Source: a virus
Lineage: Duplodnaviria; Heunggongvirae; Uroviricota; Caudoviricetes
Direction: 5' to 3' (one strand)
Virus record (IMG/VR): IMGVR_UViG_3300046656_000613
Span: 1-30,166 of that record
Length of the DNA: 30,166 nucleotides
Shown here: in pieces, positions 25,440 to 30,166 of the stretch
Layout: each line of letters begins with the position of its first letter
Position numbering within the stretch: position 1 is the first letter of the stretch
Made by a program: the position numbers and the translations under genes
Notes under the pieces: model-generated
Databases searched by the model: none
Seen by the model: the letters and a program-made list of their open reading frames with translations, nothing else
Told to the model about the DNA's origin: nothing

Positions 25440-25733
25440 TCAGTACAGCCCCCAGATCGCAGTCGTGCCCGAGATCGAATACACCGCCTTGGCCCCGATC
25501 GGATTGTCGAACGCTTTAATGGGAAATCCATCAAGCGTCGTTCCAGCGTGATCCATGAAACTCATGGTTCCGCTGGAAATACTCTGGATCGCCCGGCATG
25601 GACCGAACGGCAATAGCGCTGCCGTCGTGCCCGTGGCCGGCGTGATCGGCTGGATAAACATCGCCGGATCACCGCGCATTCCAGAATAGCTGCCCCTGTT
25701 GGCACCGCTGGTGCCGGCTTCAACTCCGCTCAT
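25440..25733 (-). CDS. Head-spike base-like protein (resembles RcGTA Rcc01079 family)
   Basis: ITP......L..RAI....G......G......P.G...V....GTT.IWGLY pattern; about 97 aa; RBS GGAG. Confidence 0.55.
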   Translation of the reverse strand: MSGVEAGTSGANRGSYSGMRGDPAMFIQPITPATGTTAALLPFGPCRAIQSISSGTMSFMDHAGTTLDGFPIKAFDNPIGAKAVYSISGTTAIWGLY

Positions 25734-25792
25734 TTTTCATTTCTCCATTTTGCTAGAAATCTAGATTTTATTCCCAGGTTTGGGTGGTCATG

Positions 25793-27268
25793 TCAGGAGA
25801 GCACCGTTGCGTTATAGAACGCCTGCCCAAGGGATTTCATTCCGGCCGCGTTGTAGTGCACAAGGTCGCCAAGCAGCGCAAGGCTGTCTGTGTCTATGAG
25901 CGTAGCAAAGCCGGAATTGGCTGCTACAAAAGCCGCCTGCGCGGCTCGCACCTGCGCAACCGCTGTTGGGTTAAATGTCGGGTCTTGATCTCGGATGCGG
26001 GCTACGACGGCCTGAAGGCCTGTGACAGCGGTATACAGCTTCGCCTGATCGTAAAGCGACTGTAGACTTGCCTGATACCCAGCTGACGCTGTTGTATTGG
26101 TGGCGTCTTGCTCTCCTTGCATCCACCACAGTCCCCGCAACCTAGGGCCGATGCCCAGGCTCAAATAGTATTGCTCAAGGTCGTACCAATTGCGCAATGC
26201 GTTCTGGAACAGCGATGATTCGACTGGTTCCGCAGTATTCCACGACGTCCCCGACGTTGCGACGCCAGCCGATGTCGGTGAGAGATAAGTCGAACCCACC
26301 GCAGTTTTGGAAAACATCAAACCCGTCGCGCCGCCGCCGTCTTCACGTAACCAAGCGGCACCCATTTCCGGGCCAAAATCAGTGGCGGGCAAAGTCTGCT
26401 GTTGATTTGTCCCCATAGTTAGCGAGGCAGGAGGGTAAATAAGACTGTTGCCCAGCGAGCCGGATGCGGACAGGATGAAGCTATTCGCAGGCGTCGTTCG
26501 CGCTTGATCGGCACCCGATAGGCCGGAAATAGGCGCGCGCCCGTCAGCGTTTGATTGCCCCCATAGCGCAACGACATTGCGGAAGGTTGAGCAATCCCGC
26601 CAATCAATGGGTTTGCCGCGAAGTTTGGCTAAATTCCGCACATATCCATACGCGTCTGATCGGTTCTGATCTGTCAGTTGCCCCGACCATGCCGCCGCCC
26701 ACATGATCTCAAAATCTGCACAGCGACTGCTTGTGAGGCCGTATCGTCCACCAAAACCGAAGGGGTTGCTAGCGGCTGCGTTGAACTCGCAAAAGAGAAG
26801 GATAAATCCGCCACGGTTTATTCTGTCTGCAAAAGTGCCATTAGACCTTTTGCGCAACGGCGCCACCCCTTGGCCGCTACCAACAAGCCATGTGTACGTT
26901 GCCGAGGCGTAAGCCCCCTGAGCACCGTCGCTACTCCCGGCTGTCCCTCCCGAGAACTCAAAACCTGCCGCCTCACCGCGCCCCACCCGGTAGAGGAACG
27001 CAACGGTGCGGCAAGATGTTATCGCAGGCGTTTGAATCAGCCCTGCTGCCAGCGAAATGCCGTAAGGCTGCCACGTGAAATTCGGCGTCGTCGGCAGTGC
27101 CAAGTTGATATCGTTCGCGCCAACCTCATCATTGACGCTGTTGCCGCTGCCTTCGGCGAAGCGCCATTCGGAGATCAGACCGGACGCAGGCAATGGCGGC
27201 ACGGGAGCAGCCCCTCCCCCACCTCCCAGCGCCCCGATGCCGAGACCGATTTCTAGATTTATAGACAT
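25793..27268 (-). CDS. Head-spike/fibre-like protein with C-terminal sialate O-acetylesterase (SASA, SGNH hydrolase) domain
   Basis: N-terminal LEIGLGIG..GGGG anchor-like motif. SGNH blocks WGQSNADG, WWMQGEQDA, DLVHYNAAG. ATG 27268 with RBS GGAGGAG (491 aa). Confidence 0.8.
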   Translation of the reverse strand: MSINLEIGLGIGALGGGGGAAPVPPLPASGLISEWRFAEGSGNSVNDEVGANDINLALPTTPNFTWQPYGISLAAGLIQTPAITSCRTVAFLYRVGRGEAAGFEFSGGTAGSSDGAQGAYASATYTWLVGSGQGVAPLRKRSNGTFADRINRGGFILLFCEFNAAASNPFGFGGRYGLTSSRCADFEIMWAAAWSGQLTDQNRSDAYGYVRNLAKLRGKPIDWRDCSTFRNVVALWGQSNADGRAPISGLSGADQARTTPANSFILSASGSLGNSLIYPPASLTMGTNQQQTLPATDFGPEMGAAWLREDGGGATGLMFSKTAVGSTYLSPTSAGVATSGTSWNTAEPVESSLFQNALRNWYDLEQYYLSLGIGPRLRGLWWMQGEQDATNTTASAGYQASLQSLYDQAKLYTAVTGLQAVVARIRDQDPTFNPTAVAQVRAAQAAFVAANSGFATLIDTDSLALLGDLVHYNAAGMKSLGQAFYNATVLS

Positions 27269-27299
27269 CTTAAATCTCCTCCCAGATTTTCGCCCAGGA

Positions 27300-27986
27300 T
27301 CATTCATGGATCGTGACCTTTTCTTCGATGATGTGAGGAATACCTTTCAGCTCACCACCTTCATCGGCGGCCCGCTGCATGATGTTGAGCACGCGACGCG
27401 CAATCTCGATCTTCGACTGCCGGGGCTGGCCCACCGGGTGAAGCGGCGCACCGTCGGCACCCGTCACTTCGCGACGATCTTTCCACTTATCCGGGCGCCG
27501 GTTCTTCAGCCAGTTCATCGCCGCCTTGGGATCGGGGGGAATATGCTCGATAACTTTGGCACGTGAAACATTGCCGTCCTTATCGAAGTGAACCTTTTCG
27601 GACGGAAGTTCGTAGCCAAGCGCGCGCTTCACCAGCGCCTCTTCGACACGATCATCGACCACCGCCTTGCCGAGCTTGCAGGCTTCGGCGAATTCGGAAT
27701 ATTGCGCGCGCCACAGGCGCAGCGTTTCCACGTGAACTTCGAGAAACTCGGCCACCTCAACGTCGATCCAGCCCTTGGTGAACAGCTTGCGCGCCTGGGC
27801 GCACATCTCGGGCCGGTATTTGGTTTTGGATTTCCGCTCCTCGGAGAACTGATCGCGCAGCCACGCGATATATTCCTCGTGCTCGGGAGTGCCAAGCCGC
27901 GGCGGCTCGCGACCGACATAGACCGCGCCGCTGCGATACATGTGATCGGCGTTCTCGCCGAGATCGACATCATCATCCTCAAGCAT
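27300..27986 (-). CDS. terS: Terminase small subunit
   Basis: KYRPE......G..D.EVAEFLEV...TL..W...Y.EF.EA.K.GK...D..VE.AL..RALGY...PPDPKAAMNWLKNRRPDKWKD. ATG 27986 is TGATG-coupled to the upstream gene (228 aa). Confidence 0.88.
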   Translation of the reverse strand: MLEDDDVDLGENADHMYRSGAVYVGREPPRLGTPEHEEYIAWLRDQFSEERKSKTKYRPEMCAQARKLFTKGWIDVEVAEFLEVHVETLRLWRAQYSEFAEACKLGKAVVDDRVEEALVKRALGYELPSEKVHFDKDGNVSRAKVIEHIPPDPKAAMNWLKNRRPDKWKDRREVTGADGAPLHPVGQPRQSKIEIARRVLNIMQRAADEGGELKGIPHIIEEKVTIHE

Positions 27987-28342
27987 CAGTGCCTCGTTTC
28001 CAGATGGGGGATGGAGAATCCGATCGGCCATTTGCCGACCGCCGCAAGCTCGCGCAGGACTCTCTCGCCGAGCTTGAAGGTGTAGGGGTAATAGTGATCC
28101 ACGCCGTTGATCGGCAGCCAGAACACGAACACCACCGTGGCGATCATGTGAAATTCTTGTATGACAAAATTGTCCTCGGTCAGCGTGATGTCCTTCGGCG
28201 CGCCGGCCTTGTGGAAATAGTTCGCCGCCTCCTGCGCCGCCTGCTCGACCATGCCGAGGATGCCGGCCCACTTCTCCACGGGCGCGACCTTGCCGCGGCC
28301 GATGCCTTCGAGAAGTTCGCCTTCGGTTTTGTTTAAGCCCAT
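27986..28342 (-). CDS. Hypothetical protein upstream of terS
   Basis: Protein-like 118 aa; its stop overlaps the terS start. Confidence 0.65.
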   Translation of the reverse strand: MGLNKTEGELLEGIGRGKVAPVEKWAGILGMVEQAAQEAANYFHKAGAPKDITLTEDNFVIQEFHMIATVVFVFWLPINGVDHYYPYTFKLGERVLRELAAVGKWPIGFSIPHLETRH

Positions 28343-28361
28343 TGCTTTTCTCGGGGGTTAG

Positions 28362-28408
28362 TTGTAGTTATACCGATTGCTGCAAATAAACTTAGGGTAT
28401 AACTACAA
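28362..28408. promoter_or_regulatory. Perfect 13-bp inverted repeat TTGTAGTTATACC-N21-GGTATAACTACAA in a divergent intergenic region
   Basis: Arms at 28362-28374 and 28396-28408; the last base is the A of the + strand ATG. Confidence 0.75.
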
Positions 28409-28827
28409 TGTTCAAATGTCCGAATTGCTGGAAGAATCCAGTCACGACTCCGGGCGCAAAACACTGCGAGCCCTGCCGGACGATGTGTGCGCGCTGCAAG
28501 AAGCAGCCCCGCTCAGACAAAACGTATTGTAAGGACTGCCGGGCGGGGATCTCGCGTGATCGCTACCGCAATCATGGCAAGCCGATTCTGGATGAAACGC
28601 AGAGGGTCGTCGATCGCGCGCGCATCTATGCGTCGGAATATATCCGGCGCGGGCTCAGGGGCATGAAGCGGGCGGAGTGTTGCGAGATGCCGGACTGCAC
28701 GGCCAAGCCGCATATCTACCACAAAGACACAGCAAAGCCGCTGGAGATATCCTGGCTATGCCAGCCGCATGCTATTGAGCTGGGTCTGTTTCAGAGGAAG
28801 AAGGATCGGCCGGCAGTCCCACAATGA
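28408..28827 (+). CDS. Cys-rich Zn-binding protein with a degenerate HNH-like C-terminus
   Basis: Multiple CxxC pairs. CCEMPDC...HIYHKDTAKPLEISWLC..H resembles the phage HH.DYSKPL.V.WLC..H endonuclease motif. Confidence 0.6.
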   Translation: MFKCPNCWKNPVTTPGAKHCEPCRTMCARCKKQPRSDKTYCKDCRAGISRDRYRNHGKPILDETQRVVDRARIYASEYIRRGLRGMKRAECCEMPDCTAKPHIYHKDTAKPLEISWLCQPHAIELGLFQRKKDRPAVPQ

Positions 28828-29119
28828 TACGATCGCCCATGTGATGGAGCATTCTGTGCCACTGCTGGCGGCCCTCGCCGCGGCTGACGGCCTCAATGGT
28901 GACGGCGTGATCCACCACAATGTGACCCTTGAGGCCCCGCCAGTGGAGCGCCAGCCAATTCGGCGCGACCACCTTCAAGTCGGTGCGCCGGAGGTGCTCC
29001 GCAAGCCGGCGCACATACAGCACATTCGTGGGATTCAAAGCAACATACACTGCATCCACCGGCGCGGCAAGTATTTGCCGCGTTGTCAAGCCCAATCCGC
29101 GCTCGTACTCGACGATCAT
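28772..29119 (-). CDS. Hypothetical phage protein
   Basis: RG.G.TTRQ...AP..AVYV...Y...LA..L.R.DL.VV.P.WL....RG....VVDHA pattern; ATGA-coupled to the upstream gene. Confidence 0.6.
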   Translation of the reverse strand: MIVEYERGLGLTTRQILAAPVDAVYVALNPTNVLYVRRLAEHLRRTDLKVVAPNWLALHWRGLKGHIVVDHAVTIEAVSRGEGRQQWHRMLHHMGDRIIVGLPADPSSSETDPAQ

Positions 29120-29421
29120 GCAGCCTCAATACGTCTAAAAGGCACCACGTTGCTACTCCCCACCAGAACACTGCCCACATCTGAGATCCCTCCGATCCAG
29201 AGTTTCGGGAAATACTGCTGTGCGAGATGGAGGGTGCTGAGATCTTCTTTGGGGAGATTGAGGACCGCCCAGGCAAGCGCCCGCTTGTCGCGCGGCGCGT
29301 CGCCCATGCTGAAGCTCCAGCCAATCAGGTGCTCGAACTCATGCATCTTAAAGGGGGTCTTTTCAACCAGGGCGGTCAACACTCGGACATCGATTGCGAC
29401 CATCTGGTTGGTTTCAGGCAT
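29116..29421 (-). CDS. Hypothetical protein (101 aa, start MPETNQ)
   Basis: The ATG overlaps the end of the upstream Zn-ribbon ORF; C-terminal NVVPFRR motif. Confidence 0.55.
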   Translation of the reverse strand: MPETNQMVAIDVRVLTALVEKTPFKMHEFEHLIGWSFSMGDAPRDKRALAWAVLNLPKEDLSTLHLAQQYFPKLWIGGISDVGSVLVGSSNVVPFRRIEAA

Positions 29422-29605
29422 CGACAGGCTCCGGGACGGACCATTTATAACGGGCGGGCACATGTTTGTGCCAATCCGCCCCGCAACCCATGCATACCTT
29501 GCTGCGATCGAGGCTGTCCGCGCATTGCGGGCAGATATCGTCGCCAACGGCTTCCTTGATCAGCACCACCGACTTCACAGGAAACACACGAAGCAGTTCA
29601 CGCAT
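29414..29605 (-). CDS. Small Zn-ribbon protein
   Basis: CPQC...CMGCGADW; RBS AGGAG. Confidence 0.6.
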   Translation of the reverse strand: MRELLRVFPVKSVVLIKEAVGDDICPQCADSLDRSKVCMGCGADWHKHVPARYKWSVPEPVDA

Positions 29606-29614
29606 ACGCTTCTC

Positions 29615-29779
29615 CTACCGATAGCTAAGCCCCGTAAGAAACCCACTCGCGAGGATCACGAAGACAACCACGACAACAACATTGCGATCAGTCATCCCAA
29701 CCGCAATCATGGCAACGCACATCACGGTGAACATCGACAACCAAAAACGGACCATAAACTCAGCAATGACCGCGCCCAT
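29615..29779 (-). CDS. 54-aa two-TM membrane protein (not in the ORF track)
   Basis: MGAVIAEFMVRFWLSMFTVMCVAMIAVGMTDRNVVVVVVFVILASGFLTGLSYR*. TGATG coupling to the upstream gene; fills the gap exactly. Confidence 0.65.
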   Translation of the reverse strand: MGAVIAEFMVRFWLSMFTVMCVAMIAVGMTDRNVVVVVVFVILASGFLTGLSYR

Positions 29780-30024
29780 CACAACTCACCCTTAAACACA
29801 TGAATCCCGGCGCGCAGGGCCGCAGCATTGATCCGGCGCGCCTTAACGTCCTCGGTCGCAAGCGGGCCGTATTTGCGGGTATAATAGTCCCGGTACTGCG
29901 CGGCCTCAAAAGCCGCCTGTTTGCCGCTCACGGTGTCGGCACCCCAGGCGTCCGCGAGACTGTGGCGCCAGGAGATTGCATCGAGCAGCGCGCGGCGGAT
30001 CAGTTCCCGGTCGGTCATCTTCAT
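29779..30024 (-). CDS. Hypothetical helical protein (start MKMTDRE)
   Basis: ATGA overlap with the upstream partial ORF and TGATG overlap with the downstream ORF. Confidence 0.6.
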   Translation of the reverse strand: MKMTDRELIRRALLDAISWRHSLADAWGADTVSGKQAAFEAAQYRDYYTRKYGPLATEDVKARRINAAALRAGIHVFKGEL

Positions 30025-30166
30025 GTGTGCCACTCGTCCATGCCGTCCTTCACCGGCTCACTGGCGCGCCACCAGCGCATGTACAGCTTCATGTACAGGG
30101 TGCGGTCCGCAGCATACAGACATGCCGGTGGCCTTGACCGATCGGTGATCTCGGGCCGCTTCGGGC
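30021..30166 (-). CDS. Partial hypothetical ORF entering from beyond the window
   Basis: Open frame ...LYMKLYMRWWRASEPVKDGMDEWHT* ending in an ATGA overlap. Confidence 0.4.
   Translation of the reverse strand, partial: PKRPEITDRSRPPACLYAADRTLYMKLYMRWWRASEPVKDGMDEWHT

Noticed and set aside
27987-28271. N-terminal extension of the terS ORF in the track
   Set aside because: Overlaps the 27986-28342 gene in another frame; ATG 27986 has an RBS and TGATG coupling.
28769-29803. 344-aa + strand ORF
   Set aside because: Low-quality translation spanning four coupled minus-strand genes that have RBSs and start/stop overlaps.
1-30166. CRISPR array, tRNA/rRNA genes, IS elements, integrase/att sites, DGR-type repeats
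   Set aside because: None recognised by eye; tRNAscan-SE, Infernal and a self-dotplot would be needed to exclude them formally.

Overview
The window is a high-GC tailed-phage (or prophage) segment with a podovirus-type (BPP-1/T7-like) morphogenesis module. The host is probably alphaproteobacterial (inference), and no integrase or att site is visible. Almost all genes are on the minus strand. In transcription order they are: small accessory ORFs, terS, a ~11.6 kb inserted cassette, terL, portal, four fibre-like proteins, a Bbp19-like protein, scaffold, major capsid, tail adaptor, a beta-helix tailspike and the tail nozzle (truncated by the window edge). The main feature is the cassette between terS and terL. 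It encodes a translationally coupled pseudaminic-acid-type (nonulosonic acid) pathway (PseB, shortened PseC, SpsF/PseF-like cytidylyltransferase, GNAT, PseI). It also encodes a tailoring trio (methylase, N-acetyl-sugar amidotransferase, HisF-like protein), a putative Maf/Cst-II-fold transferase coupled to terL, and a head-spike-like pair carrying a sialate O-acetylesterase domain. My working hypothesis is a phage-encoded virion glycosylation system. Other oddities are a 702-nt in-register antisense overlap with an apparently interdigitated HisF-like gene, a LamG domain inserted in the nozzle, a VWA+HTH moron, and shared AT-rich operator-like motifs. All family calls come from motif recognition by eye; no database searches were run.
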